Shown: positions 1 to 12,451, numbered from the stretch's first letter. The stretch is DNA of 64,000 nucleotides from Entomortierella parvispora E1425 (GCA_020891255.1 BQFW01000015.1:310001-374000); one strand, 5' to 3'. Made by a program: numbers and translations. The notes: a model not told the origin generated them from the letters alone.

Positions 1-808
1 CATTCGAGAAGATCGTATCCGAGGAAGCTCCTACAAGAACCTGCAGATGTTTGAAAAGCTCTGTGGTCAAGGCGCACTCCAGAACGTCGTCATGTTGACC
101 AACAGATGGGGGTTGATTGACGAATCCGAAGCCATTATGAAAGAAAGCGAACTCAAGAAAGATTACTGGAACATGTACATCAAGGCAGGTTGCAAAGTCG
201 ATCGATACAGGGACAGGCGCGATCTTACTCGAATCTTTGAAGGGTTCCTCAGTTATGATACAACGGTCCTCGAGATCCAGCACGAGATGGTGGATCAACA
301 CATGCCACTCTGCGAAACCGCCGCCGGTGAGGCAGTGAACATTGAACTGGCGAGGCAACAAAAGGAACACAGACAGAAACTGGCAGAGATCGCCGCCGAC
401 TATGATAGGCAAACCCAAGAAATGAAGGCCATCATGGACGAGGAGCGATTGAAGTTGGAGAATGGACTGCAGCAACTTGAGGTTGACAAAGCGATGATGA
501 TGACAGAACAACGACGCGCCGAGGAGGCAGCCAAGGCTGGAATGGAGGAGGGGCTCCTCAAGTTGGCCCAGGAACAACAGAGGATGGAAGAGGAGTTCCA
601 GACGAAAATGAAGGAGATTGGGGCAGAAAAAAATGCAGTTGCGCAGGAGCTGGCCAAGCTTGCTGCCATTAGGGAGCATCAAGAACAGAGAATGAGGATG
701 AGAAATGATGACGGCGGGTTCTTTGGCTTTTTCAAAAATATGCTTGGTGGTACTCTTGGAGTCCTCGGGGGAGGCGCGGTCACTAAACTTCTTTCAAAGC
801 TTTTTTAA
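1..808 (+). CDS. 3' part of a fungal P-loop GTPase (AIG1/septin-like G domain) with long coiled coil and Gly-rich hydrophobic C-terminal tail; 5' end lies outside the window
   Basis: The frame from base 2 reads IREDRIRGSSYKNLQMFEKLCGQGALQNVVMLTNRWG, matching the recurrent fungal G-domain segment R(M/I)xGSxx(K/R)NLxMFxKLCGxxALxNVVxxTxxW. An E/Q/K-rich heptad region follows, then the C-terminus GGFFGFFKNMLGGTLGVLGGGAVTKLLSKLF. The P-loop itself is not visible. Confidence 0.7.
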   Translation, partial: IREDRIRGSSYKNLQMFEKLCGQGALQNVVMLTNRWGLIDESEAIMKESELKKDYWNMYIKAGCKVDRYRDRRDLTRIFEGFLSYDTTVLEIQHEMVDQHMPLCETAAGEAVNIELARQQKEHRQKLAEIAADYDRQTQEMKAIMDEERLKLENGLQQLEVDKAMMMTEQRRAEEAAKAGMEEGLLKLAQEQQRMEEEFQTKMKEIGAEKNAVAQELAKLAAIREHQEQRMRMRNDDGGFFGFFKNMLGGTLGVLGGGAVTKLLSKLF

Positions 809-948
809 AGCGAGTGTCCAAGTCAAAACAAAACCAGAACAATAAACTTCTTAACTTACTATAATACCATCTGCTTTTCTGTTTTTGATGTGCATGGAGT
901 AAAGTGCCAAGTTGATGAAAATGTGGGTTTTATTTTTACTATTTGAAA

Positions 949-3900
949 TCAAAAGCCCAGAACGGACATGATACCATATCCAATTGTTACGACGCAGAGA
1001 GTGGCCATGATCGACAATGGGACACCGCTCTTCAAGAAGTCCATCGTCTTTAGGTACGGTTGACCCATTTCGTCTTCTTGTGCAACTGCGTTCATATTTG
1101 GAAAGCCCGAGACTGGCAATCCCATGGCGGCTGAGCAGACTAGCCCCGTGCCCATGACCAAGATTCTGGGGTGAGGATCGGCAAACGACATTCCAACTTG
1201 CTGTACAATTGGCAGGATGATCACAGCGGCGACAGTATGGGAGACAAAAGTAGCAAAGACCAAGGTCAGCGCACTAAAGATGATCAGGACCAGCCACATG
1301 GACATGCCGCTGACAGCGCCCTGAATCTGATGGGCAATGGTGTCCAACAAGCCCGAGGAATTCACGGCGCCTCCAAGAGCGATTCCACCCATTGCCAACA
1401 TAATGACGGTCCACAAGAAGTTGTTGAAGTCCTCCTTGTTCAATAGCCCGGTACCGAAGAACGCAACGAGAGGCAGGATGGCAATCACACCCATATTTCC
1501 GAATTGAGCCTGGAACGTATTTTCGATACACCAGAGAATGATGGTTCCAACTGTCACGACACAGATAAAGACCTGGGCCATCGTAATTGGTTCCTTGGCT
1601 GCACGAATTTGGGGGATCGTGGGCGTGTCGCGCTGTGGACGCCAAAGAAGCATGAGCCATGCCCAGATGATCAGATCTATGACTATACAAAGTGGAATCG
1701 AGACTGCGAACCAATTGCCCCAGGAAGGCGCGGGGTTCATGTTCTGGATCGTGATGATGTTTTGTGGCGAGGAGATAGGAGAAGCCATACCGCCGACGTT
1801 GGAGGCGAGAGCGATGCCCATGATCAGACTCGGTGCAAAAGCCGATTTGTGTGGGAGCGTGCGGAGGATAGACTGATTCGAGAATGAAGAGACAAAGTTA
1901 GAGGTGCTTCTTATCATGCTTTAAAGAAGGCAATGTAAAAAAAAAAAAAAAGGAAACACACGGTACCTGGATCAGAGAGAAGCAAAGGACGGGTGCAGCG
2001 ACATTACTGATGAACATGGACGCGACTGTGGCTACAAACATGTTGGCGAGCAAGACCCACTTTGGATCCGTTCCAGCCTTACTCAGAACCGAACTGGCGA
2101 TCGATTTGGCGATACCATATTTTGACAGTGCAGATGCGATCGTAAATCCGCCGAGGAGCAACATGATCGTAGGCGAGAACATGGATGCAAAGACCGCCGT
2201 TGTCGCGTCTGCGGTGGACAGCGTCGCATTTGTAACCGGATCTCTCATAACTTGACACAAGACTGTCAACAATGGCACAAGAAGAGCCGTTGCGTATAAA
2301 GGGAAGACTTCAGTCGCCCAAAAGTATGCAACCGTGATCAGGATGGCAAAGCACCGATTTTGCTCCCTTGTATCAAAAATCTGGACTGACATCAAGACAG
2401 CAAACAGCCCACATCCAATCAACCCCAGCAACAAGTGCCTCGCATTTTTTGCTGTGATGAACCGGATCGGGTATCCAAATAGGATCCATGGCTCTTGTTC
2501 CTTGGGATCAATGGCCCTTGCTCCTTCCGCTTTTCGTTCTTGTCCAACCATGTCTCGCCAAATGGTGTTTCGCTCCCAAACAATGTACTCTCTCAGATGA
2601 GAGCGCAGTTCTTTGGCTGCTTGGGACATGTTCCCTTTGGTACATGTCCTGGCGTAAATGGCCTGGAGCCTCAGGATCTGATCATCTAGCTGTTTCCTGG
2701 ACTCTGATTGAAAAGGAGGGGCCACGTCGACGACCGTGGACATGTAGGTGTTCAGTGTGTGGCTTCTTGCAAGCTTGTCATGCTTCTTGACAATCTTTTG
2801 GAAGCCGAGGTAGTTCAAGGCCACGTAGGACTTGAGCTCTGAAAGGAGCACAAAGGTGTCAATCAAGCGACGACGCAGGAGGGCTTCGGTCGTGAGTGGG
2901 CCATAGACCGATGGCTTTTGGTTAGGATTTTCACGAATGTTGGTGCCGGCGACCATTTCTCTGACGGCTGAGAAGGACCGACGAGGGTCCAACATGAGGG
3001 ATGACTTGCGCCTGTGGTGTTGTGACTGACTACGCTTCAGATCAGTTGTGGCCGACTGTGGATGCAGGTTGTCGAGGCTTTGGTGACGGGATCCTGGACG
3101 GTAGGTAGAGGTTTGGTCATAGTGGACTTCGCTTTGACTATGCAAAACAACATTGTCACCCGTTTCCCCCATTTGAGGATTCTCAAAAGGATGAACCAAC
3201 TCTGCGCTGGACCTCTTCTTCTTCTTCTTCTTCTTCTTCTCGCCCTTCTCCTCATCGTCGGACTCGATCATGTTTTCGCGTCGCCAAATGATCTCTGTCA
3301 GGTCGCCAGCAGAACTCTGTCGTCCATGCAATCGAGTTCCGTGCTCGCTGCCGTCGACATCTGAGAAAACAATTGAGGTTCGGGGCACCTTCACGCTCGA
3401 AACACCGTCGCCTTGGTGGACACTATCACCGCCTACTGTTGAACCGTTGACAGTTGTAGGTCTTGCACCATCGTCTGCAAGGCTGCGTACATTCTCGGAG
3501 CTGCCGTTCATGTCAATGACAGTGTCGGCCTCGTGATCAACCAGTCCATCGCGATCCCACCCCATCATCCTCTTCAACTGCTTCTGCTCCACGTTTGTAA
3601 AATGTCGCTCGTCATCAATGTTCATGCTCTTGCGTCTCTCCATCTCAACAGCAGGGACCAGTGATCCCTGTTCGCCTCGTTCTTGTTGTTGTTTGATCTC
3701 TTCCAGCTGCCACTGACGATCGATCGCATCGAGTTCAGCATAAATCTCTCTTTCCTTCCTAGTGTAGAAGGCCGTGATCTTGCTCAACTCTTTGGCCAAT
3801 CCCTGTTCAAAAGCCGCACTCTCAGGAGGGAAGATGGCGTTGTGGCCCATACCTCCTTCAAGGGCTTCTTGGGCTGCCCTGGCGACCGCGGATTCTTTCT

Positions 3901-4407
3901 TGTGCTTGCCTCTTAAGCCCAGGAATGCACCAAAACCACCGCCGGCACCTGGAGTAGGGGGTTGCTTTTCATTCTCGGTCACGGTAGTGGAAGAAAAACC
4001 GGAGATAAAGCCCTTTTCGGCGTCTGAGGGCCGCGGTGTAGTGGGCGTGATGCCATCAATGGCGTTTTGGACCTGGTACTTCTCGATGGCATAGAGAGTT
4101 TTCTTGAGATTCGTATAGGCGATATATTCGTTGGCCCAGTCAGGGACTATTAATTGAAACAGAAGGGAGAGAAACAGAAGGAACAGAAAGATGTGGGGTT
4201 AGATCCCTTGGGTTAACCAAAGATGTTTGCAGCAGTGACACCACTGTAGATCACAGAGTCCATGACTCTTCGAAGGAGTGTGCATGTCAATTCTTTTTTT
4301 TTTGGGGGGGGGGGTTGTTTGGGGAGGTCTGTTGCGCAATTCCCCTTGCGGCATGCTATAGTTGTTTTACCTGCGTTAAATTGCAAACTGTGGCTGAACT
4401 TGACCAT
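949..4407 (-). CDS. SPX-domain low-affinity phosphate transporter (Pho87/Pho90/Pho91 family, SLC13/DASS-type membrane domain), about 1046 aa
   Basis: Exons 4407-4371, 4146-1967 and 1872-949 with GT-AG introns, frame-consistent. The N-terminus MVKFSHSLQFNAVPDWANEYIAYTNLKK is an SPX start, and LKSYVALNYLGFQKIVKKHDK is an SPX C-terminal motif. Membrane repeats include FISNVAAPVLCFS and GLPVSGFPNMNA. Confidence 0.93.
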
Positions 4408-5050
4408 GATGTTACCCTGGTGTGGGGGAGAACAGGGGTTGTGGGGGTAACTTGTTGGATATAGGTCAGTGACTAGGGGATATAAGAAACTGAGGGGACA
4501 AAGGGACAAAGGGACAAGGTGGTAAACAGAATGAATGTCTAGGGAGAGAGAGAGAGAGAAAGGGAGAAAGAGAGGAGAGAGAGAGAGAGAGAGAAAGAAG
4601 GAAACGAATAGAGGAAAAAAACTTCCTTCCGGTGTGCACGACCCTCGACACGACAGGCAGATACCAAATTGGAGGTACCCGCAGGCAGTTGACCCGGTCT
4701 TTCAACGAACCTGCAGCCAGACGGACAGCGGCGCGTTATTGCCATCTGGCCTGTGTGGCTGAGTTTCATTTCGATCAAGCACGGTCACATGACCCAACTC
4801 GAGTGACTGTCTCCTTTGTCGGTCTGGCCCAGACTCTTCATCGAAGCATCAATGCCTGATCAGCGCAGGCACATTCTCTTCCATTAATCAAACCGGATCA
4901 AACGCGGGACAGGACAGGAATCCAGCGAGACAAGGAACGGGCGCTCGGAAGCATCGAACAACCGACGGGATTTTGAAGGAACACTTGTGCAGAAATATCG
5001 TGTAAAAAAGGAATTTCCGTACCTATCTGGACGACTTAAACATTCTCAAC

Positions 5051-6754
5051 ATGGGCAACACACTCCAAAAGCTCTCGGGCTCGCCTGGCGCGAGCTTCTC
5101 CGCCTCTTCTCAGTCCTCAAAGATGGCTATCGTTGCAGCCATCGCGTCAATTACGACTGCCGCCATGATTCTCGGATACCAAGGCTCGCAGCGGAAACAA
5201 CGCGTTCGTCATCTGAAGGGCATGGCTCCACCTCCTGCCCGCAGCCCCCATACACACGGAGTCGGAATGAACAGAGGTGGCGACTCTGGCAAACCAGATC
5301 TTGACTCGGAGCAAAGACAACAACTGTATCAGGAACAACAAGCCCAAAACGACAAGCCCATGCCCTTTGATGAAGAGCTGATTCAGGAGCAATTGGCTCG
5401 CAACATCGCGTTCCTGGGAGAGGAAGGTGTCGACAAGTTGCGCAAGTCTTTCGTCATCATCGTTGGAGCGGGTGGAGTTGGAAGCTGGGCTGCCAGCATG
5501 CTGATCAAGAGTGGAGTGGGCAAGGTCAGGATTATTGACTTTGATCAATTGGAGCTCTCAGAGTTGAACCAGCATGCAACGGCGAGCAGAGCAGATATTG
5601 GAATCCCCAAGGCTGTCGCCATGAAGAATGCGTTCAAAAAGATTGCACCGTGGGCCCAGGTTGAGGCCCGAGTCGAGCGGCTACAGGAGGACTCGGCAGA
5701 GTTTCTACTTTCCGGTATGTTTCATTCGAGAAATTGATCGCCATACATTTCTATGACGAGGATCAAAAAAAAAACTAATCTTTTGAAATTGCTATTCCAA
5801 TTCAAGGTAATCCCGACTATGTTGTGGACGCCATCGGGGATTTGACCTCAAAGGTGGCATTGCTCAAGTACTGCTATGACAACAAGATTCCAGTGATGAG
5901 CTCATTGAGCGCAGGAGCCAAGGCAGATCCTTCCAGGGTTCAAATTAGCGATATCTCGGAAACCTTTGGTAATTGGTCTTTCGTTTTGTTCGTCCATTGC
6001 ATTATGGATTGACTATTTGCTAATCTCCTTACCACATTTGCTTCCGATAGAGGACCCTCTTGCTAGAGCTGTACGTCGTCGACTTCGAAAGGCTGGTATT
6101 GATACAGGAATTGATGTGGTCTTCTCTACAGAGAAGCCCTACAGGGCTCAGGACCGTGGATCAGGATCATCTCAGCAAGGAAACGGTGACAGCGACGATG
6201 ACGATCAGGAGGTCTTTACTCCTCTTCCCAACTTCAAAAGAGGCTCTGGATCATTGCCTGTCTTAGTCCCCCTTCCAGCCATGTTTGGTATGAGCATGGC
6301 AACCTATATCACCTGCAAGATTGCAGGATGGGCATTGGAACCTTTGCCCATCAAGTTCCGGGAAGCTTTATACCAGCGGCTGCACAGGGATTTAAAGCTG
6401 CAGGAAGAAAGTCTTTATGGATCAGGCCCCCTTCAAATAGGAACTACGACTACATCAAGCCAGGTTGACGACAAAGACTTCCCATTGGACAGACGGGATA
6501 TCGGCTACCTTGTCGAAGAGATGTTCCGGGGCAAGAGTGCAGTATCCAAGAGCATGGATCGGATTGTGGTCTGCCGGTGGAAGAACTCTGAACCTTTGAG
6601 TCTACTGAATGCAGTCGTATTGACACAGCAGGAGATGGAGAAGCATATTTCGTTGCCAGTGGGTACGGATCTTGTGTCCGTCTATGGCAAGGACGTTGTA
6701 GACTATGTTGACGCACAGTTCGATGAGGAGCAGCAAATCTCCCGCCTGCGGTGA
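5051..6754 (+). CDS. ThiF/E1-like tRNA threonylcarbamoyladenosine dehydratase-like protein (TcdA/Tcd1/Tcd2 family), about 509 aa, with N-terminal membrane anchor
   Basis: Exons 5051-5714, 5807-5968 and 6051-6754. Motifs: EELIQEQLARNIAFLGEEG, GAGGVGSW, IIDFDQ, SSLSAGAKADPSRVQISDISETFEDPLARAVRRRLRK, VVFSTEKP, PAMFG. Hydrophobic segment MAIVAAIASITTAAMILGY. Confidence 0.88.
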
Positions 6755-6798
6755 AAATAAAGAAAAGTTTATGTCACCTGACTCAGGGCAAATGGTTC

Positions 6799-6830
<32 letters not shown>

Positions 6831-6856
6831 GGAACAGGGGCAGGAGGGGAAACTTT

Positions 6857-7984
6857 TTGCATCTCTCAAATCCGAACATGGAGCAGGAATGGCAATCGCT
6901 GGACTATGGTCATGGAGAGGAGGAGGACGATGATGACATGACCCTCGTCGACAGTGATTCAGATTTTGAGAACCAGCAAGCCGTGTCTCTCACGTCAAAC
7001 ACACACCAAACTCTTGGCCTAGTTGACCTAGGCTCCGCGTCCTCCTGGTCCGACACCTCTTTTTCCTCTTCCTCCTCTTCCTCGTCGTCTTTGACAGCCT
7101 CGTCTTTCTCAGCGCCTCCTACCGTGGAGTCTAACCTCAGAAAGCGTAAACAGCGTTCAGGGGATTGGGAAGAACTGGGTCAGTCCACTCATTACAGTCT
7201 AGAAGAAACCGAAGAGCAATACTTGGTTCAATCTTCTCGGAGAGACGCGCGTAACAAAGAAGCATACAGGGATCGTCCGAGGCGAGCCGACGAGCGATTC
7301 GAGGAGATGAGGAGCCAAGCAGAGGAGCAAAGCGAGGAACTGCTGAGGCGAGCGCAAGAACGACGTGATGTACGTTTGAGGCAGGCTGAAGAACAACGCC
7401 ACGAACGCCTAAAGCGGGCTAAAGAGCTACGCGACAAGCAGTCGAGGCGAGCAGAGGAGGCACGCTATAGATTGGCGAGGCGAGACGAAGAGAGACGTCT
7501 TGAGCAGGCCAGGCGAGCTGAGGAGATACGCTTCGAATTGGCTGGGCGAGCTGATGAGAGGCGCCTTGAATTGGCAAGACGAGCTGAGGATACACGCCTC
7601 GAATGGGAGAGGCGAGCTGAGGAGAGACGTTGCGAGCTCGAGTGGCAATCTGAGGAGAACGGCCGCGAAATTTTGAGGCAAGCTGAGAAAAGGCGTCTTG
7701 AACTGTTGAAGCAAGCCAAAGAGAGACACAAGGAACTGAAGCTATCTTCTGGGGGACATGTTCAGCAAGTCGAGGAATTGCAGCAGGAGTTCCTACGACA
7801 GAGCTGGGAAATAGAACGACTACAGAGGTCACACGCACTGCATCAGACAGGCTTCAGGCCAGCTTGGTGGTTACAGCAAGAACGTTTAAGGCAGGCTGAA
7901 AGACAGCGTCATGAACATTCGAAGAGGATTCTAAAAGTAGGACAACTTTCAAGTCGGACCGATCGACATGTGCGACATACATAA
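6857..7984 (+). CDS. Hypothetical 375-aa protein: acidic/Ser-rich N-terminus, then an E/R-rich helical region with 11-aa repeats
   Basis: Intronless ORF. The repeat RRAEERRLELA occurs in variants. AATAAA-like 3' context is not clear and there is no recognisable domain. Confidence 0.6.
   Translation: MHLSNPNMEQEWQSLDYGHGEEEDDDDMTLVDSDSDFENQQAVSLTSNTHQTLGLVDLGSASSWSDTSFSSSSSSSSSLTASSFSAPPTVESNLRKRKQRSGDWEELGQSTHYSLEETEEQYLVQSSRRDARNKEAYRDRPRRADERFEEMRSQAEEQSEELLRRAQERRDVRLRQAEEQRHERLKRAKELRDKQSRRAEEARYRLARRDEERRLEQARRAEEIRFELAGRADERRLELARRAEDTRLEWERRAEERRCELEWQSEENGREILRQAEKRRLELLKQAKERHKELKLSSGGHVQQVEELQQEFLRQSWEIERLQRSHALHQTGFRPAWWLQQERLRQAERQRHEHSKRILKVGQLSSRTDRHVRHT
7444..7641 (+). repeat. 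Coding 33-bp tandem repeat, about 6 clear units plus degenerate flanking units
   Basis: Units such as gaggcgagcagaggaggcacgctatagattggc / caggcgagctgaggagatacgcttcgaattggc / tgggcgagctgatgagaggcgccttgaattggc. Confidence 0.85.
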
Positions 7985-8285
7985 CAGGTTAAGGGAATGG
8001 CGTGAGGATCATTAGTTCACGACCACAAGATACAGAACAGGGCAGTTGCCAAAAGTGGCTCCTCGATGTCTCACGCAACGACACAGGAACATTCTCAATA
8101 CCAAGAAGAACAACACTGCATCCATCATGGATCGAAAGATCTGAACTCCAAATAAGTTAAATGAATGTTTATTTTTGCAATCTATGGTTGTATTATCAGC
8201 TCATTACAAATGCATTGGGAGCCATCCCATAGTGATAGGAAAGAGACAAAGGAGTGGGGTATCTATGCTCGAAGTTTTTGTTTTT

Positions 8286-11020
8286 TTAAGCGATGGTGAC
8301 GGGCTTCATCTTGAAGATCTCAAAGTCCTTGGGGTACTCGCCCTTGGAGAACTTGTGTTGCTGGGCAAAGACGACAGTGTAAGTGCCAGCGGGGACGGTG
8401 ATGGCAGGTGCGGTGGCGTTCTGGGTGGTCTGGACCTGACCGTTCCAGATGTACTCGTTCAAGACGGGGTTGCCGTTCTCATCGGCCAAGGGCTGACGGC
8501 CAGACTCGCCAAAGGAAATGTATCCAACAAGCTTGTCCTTGCTGTCGAGAACACGGACCTCGGCGTTGGGGGTGTGGGAACCGAAGCGAGAGATGAAGGC
8601 AGGGAAGTTCTTGACCAAGTCATAGGTGTAAGGGTTGGCAGGGGCATCGTCAATGATGGAGGTAGCGTTGGCCAGGGCAGCCTGAGGGAAGCCATGGTCG
8701 GTATCCATGATGGGGACCTTGCGGATGTCGCCCTTGACACCAGTGTAAGGAACGTGAACAGCGACGGCGCCCTTGGTCTTGGGGGTGGCAACGACGAAAC
8801 CAGAGTACATGGGGAACAAGGTGTTGGTCTTGGGCTCTTTGAAGTGAAGGGTGATCTTGGCAGACTTGCCACCGGGGATCTTGACCTTCTCCTGGGAGAA
8901 GGTAACAGAGGCAGAGGTAGCCTCGATGACGGGGTTAGCCAAGGGCCAGGTGTTGTTGCCCTGATAGGAGATGAGACCATCGGCGGGGACGTTCTTGAGA
9001 GTGAAGGTCTCGGTGTGCTTGCCAGTGTTCTTCAAGGTGATCTGAACGGTCTTGTGGAAGTTGACAGAGTCCAAGAGGTCAATGTGGTCAGGGGTGATCG
9101 AGGCCTCGGCCAAGACAGCGTTAAGAACGTTGACCAAACCAGCACCCTGCTTGGCAGCAGAGGTGAAAGTCTTGGACTTGTAGTTCTTGGAGATGGTAGC
9201 GGTGTTCTTCAATGCCTGGCGGATAACATCACCGTGGGGCTTGGCATGCTTGGCCTGCATGTACAAGGCGTGGGAACCAGTAATATAGGGGGTGGCCATG
9301 GAGGTACCAGACATCAAGGTGTAACCACCGAGGGCAAGAGGGTAGGTCGACAAGATGTTTCCACCGGGAGCTCCGATATCGGGCTTGGAGCGGAGATCAC
9401 CGTCCAAACCGAAGGATGAGAAATCAGAAGGGGCGCCAGAGTTGTCAATGATGAAGGGACCCTGATCCTTGGACCAGGAAACAGCATTCTTCTTGTTCTT
9501 GGCATAGGTAGCCAACATGGTCATACCATCAGCATTCGAGATAGAGGCCATGGGCAAACCAGCAACACCTCCCAAGGAATCGATTCCAGCGTCGTCGGAG
9601 ACAACGATCATACCGGTGGCACCGGCGTTCTGGGCGTTGGCACCACGTCCGCCAGACTTGCAGTTAGTAACATCACCAAGAGCAACGACAATCTTGTTCT
9701 TGAGGCTGCCGACGGCAGTGTACTGAGCAGGGTCACATCCGTCCAAAAGGCTACCCTTGGCGTCCAAAAGAGGAACAATGGGCAAAGTGTTGGGAAGGGT
9801 GATAGGCTTGGCATAGGCCTCAGAAACCGAGAAAGGCATCTTGACACCTCCATAGGTGATGTAGTTGTAGTAGTCGTACATGTTGTCGAAAGAGGCGACA
9901 GATGTGGCATGGTCACCGAGACCAGTGTCGGAGACCATCCAGACACCGTTGGCACCGTCGTTACCGGCAGCGCCGGACAAGGCCATACCCTTGGAGATCA
10001 AGGTCTCGGCCAAGGCAGCGGTCGGGTTGTCCTTGTAGGCAGATCCTCCTCCAAGGGACATGTTGATGATCTAAGGGGGTAGGGTCACACAGCAAAAATT
10101 ATCAGATTTGGATATTTGTGGCCATGATCCGTTGGGATGACCTATCAGGCGAAATGAAGGGGCGAGAGCAATTGGACCATGTGAAGAAAAGGTGATAGAG
10201 GCGCGAGACTTACATCCATGCCGTCGTTGAAGGCCAGCTCCATAGCAGCGAGAATAACATCCTCACCAGAGCCACCAGTGCAGCCAAAGATACGGTAAGC
10301 ACCATAGGTGACCTCGGGGGCGACACCAACAAAGGGCTGTGGGGGCTTGGGGTTGACCTTGATGTCCAAGGCATTACCACCAATGATACCGGCAACGTGA
10401 GAGCCGTGACCTGCGCAATCCATGGGATCACCATCGGGCTTGGGGGTGTTGCCACCGTTGTAAGCATCACCGACAAAGTCCCAACCGTGGGCGATACGGC
10501 AGTTCTTTCCGTTGCGGGCAAAGCATCCCTTGGTGGCACCCTTGGCAGCGAAGGCAGGGTGGTTGTAATCAATACCGGTATCAATGACACCGACCTTGAC
10601 ACCCTTGCCGGTCAACTTGTACTTCTCGTGAAGGACATCGACACCGGTCATGTGGTGGTCCGAGATGGCAAGAGGATCGGTCTTCTTAGCAGTGACCTTC
10701 TGGGTCTTGGGCATGTCGTAGATCGAAACGTGCCAGACGTTCTTGACACCAGGAACACTGGCCAAGGCGTGTCCGTCGTGCTCAGAGTTAACAGTGATGG
10801 AGGCACCGTTGAAAATCTTGTACTCGTTGCGGACCTTGTAGTCAACAGCGTGGGTCTTGAGACCGTTGTGGGCATCAGCGTGGCTGACTCCCTCATGGTA
10901 CTCAATGATATAGGCATTGGGGACAATGTTGGTCTTGCCGTGCTTAACCTGGTGGAACTTGCCAGCAGACACCAAAGAGGCCGCAGCGAGGATCGAGAGG
11001 ATAGTGGAGGTGATCTTCAT
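8286..11020 (-). CDS. Secreted S8A subtilase copy A (signal peptide, I9-like prodomain, S8 catalytic domain with PA insertion, Fn3-like/DUF1034 domain; Vpr/Pr1C-like), about 863 aa
   Basis: Exons 11020-10214 and 10070-8286; phase-0 intron 10213-10071 between AFNDGMD and IINMSLG. Triad motifs VIDTGID, HGSHVAG and SGTSMATP; oxyanion motif AAGNDG; KPDIGAPGG; QGAGLVNV. Confidence 0.95.
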
Positions 11021-11159
11021 TGTGATATATGAGATTTGTGAAGGAGGGTCTGTTAAGACGTGTGAGGGAGATGAGTGGGGGGAGGGAGTGAAGTGAGGAA
11101 GGGACGGGAGGAAGGGAAGGAGAGAAGAGCGAGGAGGGTGGAGGTAGGGGATGTCAGAA

Positions 11160-11213
11160 GAGTCTTGGGATGGCTGAAGAGAAAAAGAAAAAGGGGAGGA
11201 AGGAGTATTTATA
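11160..11213 (-). promoter_or_regulatory. Core promoter of subtilase A: TATAAATA plus downstream pyrimidine tract and CAGCCATCCCAAGACTC motif
   Basis: TATAAATA at 11213-11206 and motif at 11176-11160. The same arrangement is seen upstream of all five subtilases. Confidence 0.6.
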
Positions 11214-12388
11214 TTCTACAGGGGCGACTGGATGCTATCGCTGGCGCAGCGTAGCGTCGTTTTTTGATCATGGCCTGGGTTAGAAATGACTCTCCACCAG
11301 CAGGACCGAGGGTTCACACGCGATGAATATGTGGATACGCCCCAAACCCAAGGGAACATGAGCTGGCAAGGGAACACAGAGCAAATTGTATCTGACCAAT
11401 GCAATTGCACGAAAAATACGCTCAAGGGAAACGAGACCTTTATCCAATCTTGTTCCTGAATTGGAACTCGGGTGTCCGCCAGACCTGCCCCTGAAGCTCA
11501 CATAGGGTGCGATGGTCCCGTAAAAAGCAAAAGGAGGGAAAAGATGACCGATACCATCGGCTGTGTGGCGTCGATGTTGATGGGTGCTGCGAAGCTCCCT
11601 GGCTGTTCATTTCAATTGCACTCACTATTGAAATCGGATAAACTGTCCGCGGCGATGGGAACAAGAGGTTGCTGTGAAGTGTGAGAAAGTGAAAGGAAAA
11701 CAGCAAGATAGATAGCAAGGCTCAACTGTCCACTGTTGCGTATGTATTGTATTGACTTTGGGTCGAGACCGCCGTCCCAGTGGTGAACCCTATCTTCGAA
11801 ATCCCAACAATGCTGAGAGCAGCGATCAATTGAAGACCAAAGAATGCAAGACCTCTTGAGAGCCGATTCTTTGAGAGCACCGACTGGAGGTGAATGGCGA
11901 CAGTTGCGCATGTGGACTACAAAAGCAGCAGGCCAATGAGGTCCAGCTGAACAGAGTTACAGAGGCAAACAGAGAAAGACAAAGGCTCTCATCGATGCTC
12001 GGTTAAAACATGCACATCATGCACGAAACGGGCAAGCACCGTTTGGCCCGAGGAGGGCGAAAACTTGTCCTCCGTTTGCTGCAGGGAACACAAAATAATT
12101 AAATCGCAACGAAAGACTGGCCGAGAGTTGTTGTTTGTCCGTGGGCCATCCAACGGTCTTGTTGCTTGCTCCCCCCCTGTTCTTCTCTCCCCATCTCCTT
12201 TTTGGGGTGAGTGTTATTCGTTTGTTTGGGCCAGTCTTCGTTCGCAGGAACCGCCTCCGAGCTTTCTTGACAACCTTGACCGGTGTCCACAAGAGAGCTC
12301 GCTGGGTGAACTGTGCCTGCATTGTTATCACACTCCAGGTGCTTGGGGAATGACAATTTTCCCTTGGAATCATAGTTGGTGGGCCGAG

Positions 12389-12451
12389 GATAAATACTCT
12401 TGACCTTCCCATGGTTGACCAGTTTCTTTTCTCTTCAGCCATTCAGGACTC
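12389..12451 (+). promoter_or_regulatory. Core promoter of subtilase B: GATAAATA plus CAGCCATTCAGGACTC motif
   Basis: GATAAATA (TATA variant) at 12389-12396 and motif at 12436-12451. Confidence 0.55.

Noticed and set aside
4545-6785. (GA)n tract at about 4545-4595, (CTT)n at about 3215-3245 and poly-A at about 6758-6785
   Set aside because: Ordinary microsatellites and homopolymers common throughout this genome.
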